64,000 bases of DNA from Mobula birostris. Taxonomy: Eukaryota. The position numbers and the translations under genes were made by a program. Positions 1-11,621 of this stretch are shown piece after piece. Location of the stretch: contig NC_092379.1 in NCBI RefSeq assembly GCF_030028105.1, forward strand, positions 25,041,821-25,105,820, read 5' to 3'. The notes beneath the pieces are model-generated. The model made no database searches. It had not been told where the DNA came from and saw nothing but the letters and a program-made list of their open reading frames with translations. Position 1 is the first letter of the stretch. Each line of letters begins with the position of its first letter.

Positions 1-59
1 ACCAATATATTTTGTATTTAGAATTTTTTTCCGGAAAGAAAATGCTGAACACCTGAATA

Positions 60-2400
60 AAAAGAAACAGGTAGCTCTGGACGTATTGAAAGGCCAAATA
101 ATATTAGTAACTGATTTGGGCTACTTTTTGTGGAACGACTTACGATGTTTATCACCAAACCGCCCAGGCTCTACCCGGTTATGTGGCACTTCAAAGTTCC
201 CATATTTGTACAAAACCCATAACGGTAATTTTACTTTCTGTATATTCCGCGATAGCAACTCTTTCCCGCTCCCTCATTAATTGATGTCCTAAAAAATTAT
301 TTTCAAATTCATTGAAGTTATAAGCGTTTTCTTTTTTTTAATTTTTTGTACTATGTCGTACGATTCGCATATTGCCTTAGTTATCGTGCAAAAATAATAT
401 TATTTTCATCATTCTCTTCTCCTAGTTAACAAAGGCAAGTTAATATAACTTGCCACCAAATAAAATGAGTGGGGAAGCAGCCATGGGTGTGATCTGAATG
501 TAGTCTGGTGTCTCACAAATATTGCGCTGAACATTATTTCGTCTTGCCTTTTGTTTATCTGCCGATTTCGCCAGATAATTAAAATCAATAAATTCCTTAT
601 CCGAGAGATGAATTGAAATTATGTGGTCCAATTTTGTCTCATGGCTTCTGAAATCTGCAGTGTTTATGCAAACAATGACATCGAAAATACGAGTGCTTTC
701 ACACCGGAGTGACCTTGGGTCGTTTATTATTCAAGAGTTCAGTAGTTCAATAGTACCATTTTATATCACAGAATGCATAGAGTAAGCAACCAGAATTTCT
801 TGTTCTTCGCAGACATCCACAAAAAAAAAGAAAAGCACCCCGATGATTTAATAGCAGTATAAACTTGCTAACCTAAATCTCCGTACCCGTACTTCCCATG
901 ACTAACAGCAGTAAAGTAACAACCCATCCAGTCAGCAAACTTACTTTAGCAAAGAACATGGGCACCCACCGATCAAACAACTGCAAAGCCCTTTACAGGA
1001 AAAAGAGAACGAATCCTTCACCTGACCAGTTCGACATACCATAGCCTCTTCCCCCCTCTAATAAAGGGAAGTGTACAGAGGCATACGTTTTCATTCGAAT
1101 GATATCAATGTCTCTAAATAGTTGAACTGTTAGTTGATAACTCCGATTGACAACATTTTCTTGAGAAAGAAACTGCATAATCCAAGAAAACAGGTCTCAA
1201 CGTATTTGTGTGTTATTTTCCTCCCGGGATGAAAACAAACAAGCAAAAAAAAATGTTTCAACTGAGGCATTTGTCTGGAGTAAACAGTGAATGGTTTTGC
1301 AGTTTAGTTACGTCATGTAAAAGTCAGTCAAAATTCTGTTTTCCATATTTTTGTAAAATTGATCCGAGAATGTAAATGTAATGCTTTATTTTGGCGATAT
1401 ATGTCACTCTACAGCAGTGGGAGGTTAGCTGAAAGATATAAATAAATCTGAACAGAATAAAGACCAAAACATGCCGCGAGTGAAAATTTGCATAAAATGA
1501 TTGACTGCAATGTTCAAAAAATGGAGGGGCTAAGTGTGGAGGTTTTCACGAAATATACCGTTATACAATGGGCGTTTGCACCGACTATGGTGAGTCTCCA
1601 ACGTATGTTGAAGTTCATTTTTTAAGTCATTCGCTAACGTGATATCAGTGACAACGGCGACTTTCCTATGATAGGTCAAGCTCCAACTTCGAAATTGTGC
1701 AATCTGTTATTGAGAACGATGGCCAGATGGCTATTCTGCACCTGTCCCGTATTCGATTTACTCTTCCTGTCTGCAATCCGCTTTCCTGCATCCTGCAACT
1801 TGCGTGCGACGACTTCTCTTTGTGTCCTCTCTATGATCCCCTGAGATTCCCGAATGTTTCAGAAATCATTCAGTTCCAGCTCCAACATCTCAACGCGGAA
1901 TGTTAAAATTTACAACTTGTCCACCTCGCAGTTTAAGTCGTCAGGGAGAGTGAAGGTTTCCCTGCCATTTCACACCCCACATGAGAAGCATTTAAATATC
2001 CTGCCTGATATCCCTACTCTCCTATCTGAGCAGCTATAAAAAAGGAGGGCGGAAGAGACATAAACATAAACGAACTCTTCATTTGCATTTTCTGACTGCA
2101 GCCTCTTTTCTCTGAATCCTCAAGATGACCATTCTTCCTCTGTCCACACAGGCACCAGCTGCTGCGCGTGCCAGTGCCCTACTTTAAATTTCTCTTGCTG
2201 ATCAATCCCAAACGCTGATGTGTCCCTGACCAAAGTTATTTTCCGTAAATCGCTGCGATACTCTACCTTTAAAATCTACCTTGAAAGGTAGCACTCTAGC
2301 GGACGAACACCAGTCCTGCGCGCCCCTACCCGTCGTAGATTGTGTAACTCATAGGAAACCAGCGCGGAAGTTCTGCAAAAAAATTTGAACGCGAACCTGA
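60..2400 (-). mobile_element. Old, heavily decayed CR1-like LINE (5'UTR/ORF1 ~2400-1600, EN ~1200-990, RT remnant ~600-60)
   Basis: Minus-strand translations resemble CR1 ORF1 coiled coil (RVEMLELELNDF) and the RT motif KAFDKVPH (here NFEVPHNR); many stops. Boundaries approximate. Confidence 0.4.
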
Positions 2401-2736
2401 CTGAAATGAAGCTCTTTTTAAGCACTACCAGTGTCGTGTGATCGCTCTTCAACTGAGGGAAAATGTTGCAAAAAGCTACCTTTAGATTGTCTTTGAAAGT
2501 TTCAAGCTTGAAGGTGAATGCAAAGTAAATGCTAGCTCACTTAACACTCTGAAGGAATAGATGGATCCTCTTGCCCGCATCTGGAGGTCCCTTAACGTAA
2601 TAGCATAATTTGACAGAATAGGTAATGGGGCGCAATGCTTGCAGGTATTTATTACTCAATACATTATTTTCAGGAGACCTAAGGTAATCTTAGATCTGTC
2701 AAACCCTGGATAGGCAGACACTTGGAGTTAGTTCTA

Positions 2737-3125
2737 GAGACATAGAAACAGAGAAAACCTATAGCAAACTAAAGGCCCTTCGGTCACAATGCTGTACCAA
2801 ACATGTACATACTTTAGAAATTACCTAGGGTTACCCATAACCTTCTGTTTTTCTAAGCTCCATGTACCTATCCAGGAGTTTCCTGAAACAACCTCTAGCA
2901 CGTTCGCCGGCAGCCCATTCCACGCACTCAGCACTCCCCGCGTAAAGAACTTACTCCTAACATCGCCTCTGTACTTGCTTCCAAGCACCAAATAACTGTG
3001 CCCACTCGCATTAGCTATTTCAGCCCTTGGAAAAAAAAAACATCTCTGGCTACCCACACGATCAATGCATCTCATGATTTTATACACCTCTATCAGGTCA
3101 CTTCTCATCCTCCATCTCTAAAAAG
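2737..3125 (-). mobile_element. CR1 LINE 3' fragment
   Basis: ORF 2821-3108 (MRSDLIEVYKIMRCIDRV...) matches the C-terminus of the other CR1 copies in the window; tail-like catagaaacagaga at ~2740. Confidence 0.75.
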
Positions 3126-3880
3126 AGAAAAAAAAAAACAGAGTTAACTTAATCTATGCTCAACTTATTTAATTTATGTTGTAGCGGTATAATGTTATGA
3201 AGGATATGGAAGCTTTAGAGAGGAGACATAGCAGCCTTAGCAACATGTTGCCGTAAATATGTAGCATGTTTCACGTGGATAGACTGAACATGCAAAACCT
3301 TTCCTCTCGGTAGCATACGAGGATGTGTTGTGACCTGATAGAGACGAGCAAGACCATGAGAGACTCAGAATTGTGAACTATGTTTTTTTTTTTCAGTCAT
3401 GGAAACGACCAATACAAGGGCGTATGCTTTTATTGTGTTCCTTGGAAAGTAGAGGGGGTACATTTTTATATATTGAGTGGCATGTATGTGGAAGGCGTTG
3501 CTACGACAGATCACAGGGACACAGACAGTGATGAGTGAAGAACCGGGGCTACATAAGGGAGAATGGTTTGAATAAACTCAAGGAGTTTTTACTGGTCAGC
3601 GCAGCATCATTGGCCGCCAAAGAAGCTATACTGTGCATGTACTTCTACATTTTCAGTTCTCTATAAACTACATCACGCATAGATATTTATATTTTACACT
3701 GTAAGTTAATATGCTATTGGCAAATTAATGTTTCACATTAAGCACCAGTCAGTAAACACACGCCTTGCTTCCAAGGCATAGTTCCAATGACAAGCAGCCA
3801 CTGCACTTCTGCATCAATGCTTGAGAGTTTGTGGCAAAGAGCCCGAAACAAATAGCAGACGTGCCTCAGGAACTTTCGGC

Positions 3881-3919
3881 AGTTATTGTTCGGGGGTACA
3901 ATCAGTTCCTATCACTGTG
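3881..3919 (-). other. Recombination signal sequence (23-RSS) of the V segment
   Basis: Minus strand: consensus heptamer CACAGTG (3919-3913), exactly 23-nt spacer (3912-3890), nonamer ACAATAACT (3889-3881; consensus ACAAAAACC). Immediately follows TAT TAC TGT GCG GTA CAT. Confidence 0.93.
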
Positions 3920-4221
3920 ATGTACCGCACAGTAATAGGTTGCTCTATCATAGTGCCGCAGCGCCTCGATAGTCAAACGATACTCCATCAGAGACAACTC
4001 GACTACATCAGCATACCGGCCTTTAGCAAAATCAGCCTTCAGGTCGTCACGATTAAATATGTTTCGACGGGCCACAATCTCGACCGTTCCACCTGGGTTT
4101 TGGCGATACCAATATAAATAAAAAGCATCACTGCTGTAGGTGCACGTTAGAGTAATACCTTGGCCCTCAGTTCCCATGACTGCAGAATCCTTCTGAGTCA
4201 CGTAATCAGCGTCATTTTGTT
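3920..4221 (-). CDS. TRAV/TRDV: T-cell receptor alpha/delta-type variable segment, V exon (open frame)
   Basis: Acceptor ttttccag|AA at 4221. Translation EQNDA-DYVTQKDSAVMGTEGQGITLTCTYSSDAFYLYWYRQNPGGTVEIVARRNIFNRDDLKADFAKGRYADVVELSLMEYRLTIEALRHYDRATYYCAVH has Cys23, Trp41 (WYRQ), hydrophobic 89 and D-x-A-x-YYC Cys104, followed by a 23-RSS. KADFAKGR is typical of elasmobranch alpha/delta V; alpha vs delta cannot be resolved from V alone. Confidence 0.93.
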
Positions 4222-4760
4222 CTGGAAAACAGGCAAAAAAGTAAAATAATATTTGCAACTTTAACATTGAAGACCACTTGATTGCATGTGGTTTTCATAA
4301 AAAAAATACACACCTTAGATCATAGAATTGTATTATATCTCTGTGCTCGTGCAAATTTTCACAATTCATTACCTCTTATAATCATAGTAGTCCGGGTTTT
4401 GTTCTATCTTTTGTTTCCCGAAACTGCCTGTAACTCTTCCCCAGGATTTCAGAGAATACCGAATATGCATTTGCCATCGAATTCGTCAAGGACCATTAAT
4501 CTGATGTTCACACTCATATGATGTCAACGATAACGATGCTGATGTAGTCTTTCGAAGTAAAAAAACCTGGAAGGATCTCTACAATCGATCCTCTTATTTA
4601 AAATATTTAACTCCATGTAGCCATGATAACAGTTAAAATATCACACATTTAGTTCAAAGATGCCTTACCAAAATTTAATCTGTGACTCAAAAACAGTAAC
4701 ATGGTCTATCCGCTGTATCCCAGAAAATTAGTAACCGTGTAAATCAAATTGCCTCCTTAC

Positions 4761-4806
4761 CAATGAAAAATACGACGCACAGCACAGCTAGTAAATTGTG
4801 CAGCAT
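4761..4806 (-). CDS. TRAV/TRDV: Leader (signal peptide) exon of the TCR V segment
   Basis: ATG CTG CAC AAT TTA CTA GCT GTG CTG TGC GTC GTA TTT TTC ATT G|GTAAGG = MLHNLLAVLCVVFFI + phase-1 donor. Joins the V exon in frame (G+AA=Glu) across a 539-bp intron, giving 348 nt / 116 codons. An in-frame upstream ATG exists at 4854. Confidence 0.82.
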
Positions 4807-4899
4807 TTTTCTTTCCGCTCCCAAGAGCCAGACTCGTCGGCATCTCAGGGACATGCTTGCCACGGATCAATATGAGAGGAAAGCGCAGACTGGCTAGTG

Positions 4900-4914
4900 C
4901 AACGTCACTTCCTG
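4900..4914 (-). promoter_or_regulatory. Overlapping ETS + CRE-like motif in the V promoter
   Basis: Minus strand CAGGAAGTGACGTTG about 95-108 bp upstream of the leader ATG. GGAA ETS core overlaps a TGACG CRE half-site; CRE-like elements are established in TCR V promoters. Confidence 0.55.
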
Positions 4915-5109
4915 AAGAAATGAAAGGTGATATATTTTTCTGTTCCTGGCTGCTTGCTATGGTCTGGTTTCATGTCAGAGAATGAGGTGTGCTATGAATT
5001 GATAAAATAAAAAAAAAACGGTAAATCGGTTTGATTAACATGGAACGTTTAAAATGAATATAAAGCACTGAGTGTATTTCTCAGATATCGGAGAGCGCCA
5101 GACGTTTTC

Positions 5110-5117
5110 ATTTGCAT
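5110..5117 (-). promoter_or_regulatory. Octamer motif (ATGCAAAT on minus strand)
   Basis: Exact octamer ~300 bp upstream of the V ATG; could be chance in AT-rich DNA. Confidence 0.25.
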
Positions 5118-5799
5118 TTTCATGCTATTGCCTATTCAATGTATATTATGTTGTTTTAATTGACAAACGTATTATTACAAAATAATAACTGGAAAATAAT
5201 CAAGATCAAAACTGATAATTTCGCATTAATCATCACGGTCAATCTTTTATGATATTCAGTAACAGTGACACAAACATTTCCTATTACCTTTTTCTCAGAG
5301 TGTTTAGTCAGTGAGCATATTCCACTCTTACCTGTTCTGTAACTTCAAATCGCTGCCTTATCAAAGGGCCAATGACCCGAATAATGACCCATATTTTACA
5401 CTGTATAGAAACTGCATGACATGTGGGTAATTTGGGCATTTCTATCCTATTTACGAATTCCAGCATTGTCCCTGTTTAGCCTGTATAACGTGGTCTATAG
5501 TAAAGCTTACCCTCGGCACAGCAGCCATGTTTCTGTGCATATTACATTTCCCTTGAGTCTGCTCGATGAGTTCATAAAAAGTAGACACACTTCACAATGC
5601 TACACTAGTTTCATGCTATTGTTGTCATAATTAAAGATACCGCAGTCGCTGCTCTTAAATTTAAAAATAGTCATGAATATGTGGTACAGATATGTTGCTA
5701 AAATCCCTGCGAGAGTAGGAGCAAACTTGCTTAATATCATTAGAATATGTATCCTTTATTCGGACTTTGAAGAAATTTCGCATATCAAAAAAATACACT

Positions 5800-6245
5800 C
5801 AAACTCTACTCCAGTTGTATCGTGGATAACATTCTGACAGGCTGCATCACTGTCTGGCATGGAGAGACTACTGCACAGAACCGAAATAATATGCAGAAGG
5901 TTTAAAATCCAGTCAGTTCCATCTTGGGTACCAGCCTACAAGGTACGTAGGACATCTTCAGGGAACGGTATCTCAGGAAGACATCGTACATTATAATTGG
6001 CCTCCAGCAGCCAGGTCATGCCCTTTTCTCACTGTTACCATCAGGCAGGACGTACAGAATCTTGAAGACACACACTCAGCGATTCAGCAACAGCTTCTTC
6101 TTCACTGCCATCAGATTCCTAAATGGATATTGAATCTTTGGACATTATTTTTGTTTTTAGTATAGAGTACTTCTGTTTGTGCAAGTGTTTTAAAATCTAT
6201 TCAATATACGGATACTGTAACTGGTTTACTTGTATATTATTATTT
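5800..6245 (+). mobile_element. Rex1/Babar-like LINE 3' fragment
   Basis: Resembles Rex1-type 3' coding end and UTR (…ggctgcatcactgtctggcatgg…, …aacagcttcttc…); recognised from memory of the family. Confidence 0.5.
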
Positions 6246-6249
6246 ATAT

Positions 6250-6785
6250 TACGAGGGGTGATTGATAAGTTCGTGGCCTACGGTAGACGGAGTCAATTTT
6301 AGAAAACCGAGCACATTTATTATCCAACATAGTACCCTCTTCCATTTGCACACTTATTCCAGCGGTCCTGGAGCAAACGGATCCTTTTTTTTTTTTGTAG
6401 AAGTCAGCATCTTGGGCCTCCAGAAAAAAATGGTCCATAGCTGGGGTGACTGATAATTTCGTGGCCTAATGTAGAAGGAGATGAGCTATGCAGCTTTCCT
6501 TAGATGCACGTGCAGTTAGACTCATTGAGTGATTATGCAGAAAGATTGACGTTAATAATTCACTTCCTTCTACCTTATGCTACGAACTTATCAATCAACC
6601 CTGCTGTGGACCAAGTTCTGGAGGTCCAAGAAGTCGACTTCTACAAAAAAGGGGTCAGTATGCTCCACGACCGCTGGACAAAGTGTGTAAATGTACGAGG
6701 TGACTGTGATGGAAAATAAATATGCTGGATTTTCTTAAGTTGCCCCCTTCTACCTTAGGGAAGAACTTATCAATCACCCCTCGTA
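6250..6785. mobile_element. Non-autonomous Tc1/mariner fold-back element (MITE)
   Basis: Perfect terminal inverted repeat TA-CGAGGGGTGATTGATAAGTT ... AACTTATCAATCACCCCTCG-TA with TA TSD. Both arms carry the mariner transposase C-terminus (DFYKKG..MLHDRWTKCVNVRGD) in opposite orientations. Confidence 0.9.
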
Positions 6786-7399
6786 TTTGCGTTGCCATAT
6801 CACTGCAAGACCTATTGTTAGATTAAGCCCGGAAAAGGCAACAGCTGCGACCCAAATAACTGGCAGTTATTGAATGAGGATTTACCCTGCTCCGGTAACA
6901 GTAAGACTATGCACGCAAATGCATTGAGTGCAAGACAGGTGCAAAGCGGGCATGGAAATTAATACTCTCTTTCTAAGAACTGGACTATACCATCAAAGGG
7001 TCTTTAGCGTAACCGGGCTGAGGTTCATAACGAACTGGTCCTACTCTTTGGAAGGTGAGTTCCATCTTTTCTTTAGTATTATAGTAGCAACACAAGAAAG
7101 AACAATTAAACAACAACACTCCAGCGCTGTAAGGCAGAGACCCGTTCGTCAGTGTTGAGTACCGACTCAAATGCGTTATGCACCAATGTGCTCGCTGTGT
7201 TAATTTTAAAGATCCATGACTGACATTTACAAATGTGTTTCGTGCGACGGCAAGCTAAGCATAATGATTTTATTGTTGTCTGACTGGATTCCATTCAGTA
7301 GTGAATGGGTACAAAGTTCAAAAAAATCAATTTGTAAGTAAATATATTATCAAAGTGTGCATTCGTTATACTACCTTGAAGTTTGACATCAGCAGTAAC

Positions 7400-8953
7400 G
7401 AAACCATAGAAACCATAGAAACTACAGCAAAGAAACAGGCCTTTTGGCCCTTCTTGGCTGTGCCGAACCATTTTCTGCCTAGTCCCACTGACCTGCACAC
7501 GGACCATATCCCTCCATACACCTCCCATCCATGTATCTATCTAATTTATTGTTAAATATTAAAAAAAGAACCCGCATTTACCACCTCGTCTGGCAGCTCA
7601 TTCCATACTCCCACCACTCTCTGTGTGAAGAAGACCCCCCTAATGTTCCGTTTAAGCTCCCCCACCACCCTAAACCCATGTCCTCTGTTTTTTCTTTTCT
7701 CTCCCCTTGCCTCAGTGGAAAAAGCCTGCTTCCATTCATTCTATCTATACCCATCATAATTTTATACACCTCTATCAAATCTCCCCTCATTCTTCTACGC
7801 TCCAGGAAATAAACTCCCAACCTACTCAACCTTTCTCTGTAACTGAGTTTCTCAAGTCCCGGCAACATCCTTGTAAACCTTCTCTGCACTCTTTCAACCT
7901 TATTTATATCCTTCCTGCAATTTGGTGACCAAATCTGAAATCAATACTCCAGATTCGGCCTCACCAATGCCTTATGCAACCTCAGCATAACATTCCAGCT
8001 CGTATACTCAATTCTTTGATTAATAAAGACCAATGTACCAAAAGCTCTCTTTACGACCCTATCGACCTGTGACGCCACTTTTAGGGAATTTTGTGTCTGT
8101 ATTCCCAGATCCCTTTGTTCCACTGCACTCCTCATGCCTTACCATTAACGCTGTATGTTCTACGTTGGTTTGTCCTTTCAACGTGCAATACTTCACACTT
8201 GTCAGTATTAAACTCCATCAGCCATTTTTTAGCCCATTCTTCCAGCTGGTCCAAGTCCCTCTGCAGGCTCTGAAAACCTTCCTCGCTGTCTACTACACCT
8301 CCAATCTTTGTATCATCAGCAAACTTGTTGATCCAATTTACCACATTATCATCCAGATCATTGAGCCTAACCCTAACCCTAATGTGATGACAAATAACAA
8401 TGGACCCAGCACTGATCCCTGTGGCACACCACTAGTCACAGGCCTCCACTCAGAGAAGCAATCCTCTACCACCACTCTCTGGCTTCTTCCATAGAGCCAA
8501 TGTCTAATCCAATTTACCACCTCTCTATGTATACCTAGCGACTGGATATTCCTAACTAACCTCCCATGCGGGACCTTGTAAAAGGCCTTACTGAAGTCTA
8601 TGTAGACAATATCCACTGCCTTCCCTTCATCCACTTTCCTGGTAACCTCCTCGAAAAACTCTAATACATTGGTCAAACATGACCTACCACGCACAAAGCC
8701 ATGTTGACTCTCCCGAATAAGTCCCAGTCTATCCAAATGCTTGTAGATTCTGTCTCTTAGTACTCTCTCCAATAACTTACCTACTACCGACGTTAAACTT
8801 ACTGGCCTATAATTTCCCGGATTACTTTTCGATCCTTTTTTAAACAACGGAACAACATGAGCCACTCTCCAATCCTCCGGCACCTCACCTGTAGACAGCG
8901 ACATTTTACATATTTCAGCCAGGGCCGCTGCAATTTCAACACTAGTCTCCTTC
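7400..8953 (-). mobile_element. CR1 LINE, 5'-truncated (RT + 3'UTR)
   Basis: ORFs 8338-9039, 8132-8344, 7941-8135 and 7578-7889 give NYRPVSLTS, DFSKAF, SGVPQGSVLGPLLF, FADD; (aaccatag)n tail at 7400-7420. Confidence 0.92.
8366..8382 (-). repeat. Short interstitial telomeric repeat (TTAGGG)~3 inserted in CR1 RT
   Basis: cctaa-ccctaa-ccctaa lies in a 21-nt segment that replaces 4 nt (tata) present in the sister CR1 copy at ~33645. Confidence 0.75.
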
Positions 8954-8958
8954 ACACA

Positions 8959-9000
<42 letters not shown>
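8954..9000. repeat. (CA)n microsatellite
   Basis: Direct. Confidence 0.95.
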
Positions 9001-9002
<2 letters not shown>

Positions 9003-9872
9003 TGGAACCCGCTGAAAACAAACGAAGACCAGCCAACACAGAAAAAGAAAAAAAAAAAAATACAAGATGAAGCTCTCATGGGCAGAGATCGAAGATTAAA
9101 AAAAACAAAAAAAAACAAAAACAAACAAAAAAAAAACACACACACATCGACTGTGCTACATCCTGCATAGCCTGTGTCTGGATTGTGACAATTTCTCTTT
9201 CTTTCCTTTCAAATCAGATGGAAATTCACCACGGTTCGAACTTGATTTGTTGCAAATCAAGCCTTGTGGCTATAACGCACTCCAAGAGAGCTATTATTGT
9301 GGCTAGTCAATCCCCAGAATAAGAAAACCAATTCGGCATAATCAGCTGCCCCTTGCCTTTACAAATCGGTGCAATACCAGCCTAAAAGCAATACAGGCAA
9401 TTTCACAATTTCACTCACCTGGATGATTTCCATATCCCGTCCAGTAACAGTATATCAGATCGGCGTCATCGTCTCCTTTTTTATAAAAAAAAGAAAAGCA
9501 AACAAATAGATAGACACGATAAAATTGTTTCAGATCTGTTACATGCATCTTATAGGACTTGGAAAAAAATCAAGAAAACATCGAGGTAGAGAAACACAGA
9601 TGTGTTAGGTACTTTCGTTAGGGTGGCATTAATAAATGATAGAACACAGACTTAACGTTGACCAACCCAAAGGACACGACAGAAATTCATCATTGACTGT
9701 TGGAATATTAAAGACTATCTTCCGCTCATCCCATCACGAATACTGATTACATTATAAGCATCTAATAAGTCCGGTATTTTGGAAAGTACCTGTCGTTTGC
9801 AACCATTCAAACGTTGTATTGATTTTCTGAATATGAGGCAATTGTGATCGGATATTTATGTATATATGTATG

Positions 9873-9874
<2 letters not shown>

Positions 9875-9922
<48 letters not shown>

Positions 9923-9927
9923 TGTGT
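9875..9927. repeat. (TG)n microsatellite
   Basis: Direct. Confidence 0.95.
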
Positions 9928-10800
9928 TTTGCGTTGTATTCTATACAACGTATCAGTCTCCCAGCTTTTTATGGTTACAATAAAGAACACTGATGTCATA
10001 CAAGATGTGAACAGTCTGATGAACCTGGAGGCGTGTGGGTCTGGAATCTACTTGTCTAAGTCCAGATATTCGGGTCCAGATAGGGAAAGAGAACTCCCTC
10101 GTGGTGTATAGATTCTTTGCAATAACTCAATGTCACAATCATCTCTGTGTTGGGGCTATAGTGTAGGTGCCATCTGTTTATTAAAACATTCAAGGAAATC
10201 GAAATCAACGGTAGGATTTTTTTTTTTTTTGATCCTCATCAATCCCAAACTAGGGGATGCCAAATAAAGATTCTGAAGCACGGGTGGCAGACTCTGAAAC
10301 AGAAGTATCTTCTGGCAGACAGCCCTGGTGACATTTAAAAGATAGGCCCAGGGTACTGCCATCATACTAGACTATAACGCGACCATCCTGCGACAAAGAC
10401 AGATACGCCAAGATTGAGAGATCCCAGGGACATAGAAGAAGTGAATCTAAGCAGTTTAGACTGATCTCCTAACTGGATGCGAAACGGATCTGAAACATGA
10501 CACAGTGCTCCAGTGTTCTACCAAGTAATGGTTGTCAAACAATGCTCTGACTCTCTGATCTAAAAGAGGAGAGTTTGCAGCGCTGACGTCTACAATTAGC
10601 TTGGTCGTCTGAAACCAATACTGAGCGCGCACGTTCCCCAGATGTCGCAGCATTAGCAAGCATATTTGGGCCCAGACTTAGTTATTTGACTCGTCAACTT
10701 GTCGACGCAGGGCTGGAGTGAGCGTCATAGTCTTCCCTCAAACGGACGGCACTTTGAGTTTCCCGCATTCTCTGGAAAAGTTATTTGAAAGTATCTTTAT

Positions 10801-11577
10801 TCTTGCTCAGTAATACCCCCGTTTCTCCATCTCTCTCATCTTCCTGTAGAGCCAGGCAGAGTTTAGACCGGTCCTGCCCATTTGCAAGCCTATGCGATTG
10901 TGGATGTGGACTATTTCGGTGAGTACTTGGACAAGTATAAATATGGGTTAATAACGGGAACAGAAGGAAGTATAACAGGGGATATCAGCATGACACCCCC
11001 TCTGGCTCTGAGACATCCGGTTAACAAGTACGATCTCTAAGTCAATCAGACATTCGAAGTCCTGAAACTGTACAAGCGCCGACTTTTCAAGAGCAGCTTT
11101 GCATTCGGCCTTCTTAAGGTGATTGGAACGAGGGCTTCTCCATTCCATCCTCTCTGAAGTAACAGACTCTCACAACTCGGCCGTGGTCTGCGACCCCTGT
11201 CACATATGGAGAAGTCGGCTTGTGACCTGCTTCCACTCGACGGGGTAATAGAAGTCCAGTCTTTTATTACTGGAGAATATGGCAATGATAAAGCTTAAGA
11301 GAACGACTTCCTTCTTCAGTGCCTCAAGCCGCGCCAGGGACATATTCGACAGGAGAAAGATAATATATACCGCAGCGCTTCGTTCAGAGAATAACTGGAT
11401 TTGTAGCAGACCGATGGTAATGGGACATTCCGTTAGCATCCCACGGCAACAAAGTGCGTTCCCATTGAAGCACTCGGCATAAGACCTATAGTACGATATT
11501 TCGATGCCGTGTTGGATTTTCCTGTCTGCTTAGCACTGCAGATCTCTCAGAAGAAAATCAGCTTGAAAACACACAAA

Positions 11578-11621
<44 letters not shown>

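Noticed and set aside
1486-2088. Two further ATTTGCAT octamers (1486, 2081)
   Set aside because: No Ig-like leader follows on either strand, and both lie in old CR1-derived sequence.
5330-5420. J-like segment with GTAAG donor and a CACTGTA heptamer
   Set aside because: No FGxG in the phase-1 frame (stop codon present) and no nonamer.
8033-8494. Long ORFs antisense to LINE/LTR sequence (e.g. 8033-8494, 33635-33925, 62604-63188, 23160-23570, 36172-36701)
   Set aside because: Antisense shadows of CR1 RT or products of stop-poor LTR minisatellites, not host genes.
9420-9477. 57-nt phase 1-1 exon-like segment (DDADLIYCYWTGYGNHP) on the minus strand
   Set aside because: Weak acceptor, no partner exons and no recognisable domain.
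10501-10507. Isolated CACAGTG/CACTGTG heptamers (also 11963, 20694, 34686, 46222, 61551)
   Set aside because: None has an acceptable nonamer at 12 or 23 nt, and several lie inside TEs.
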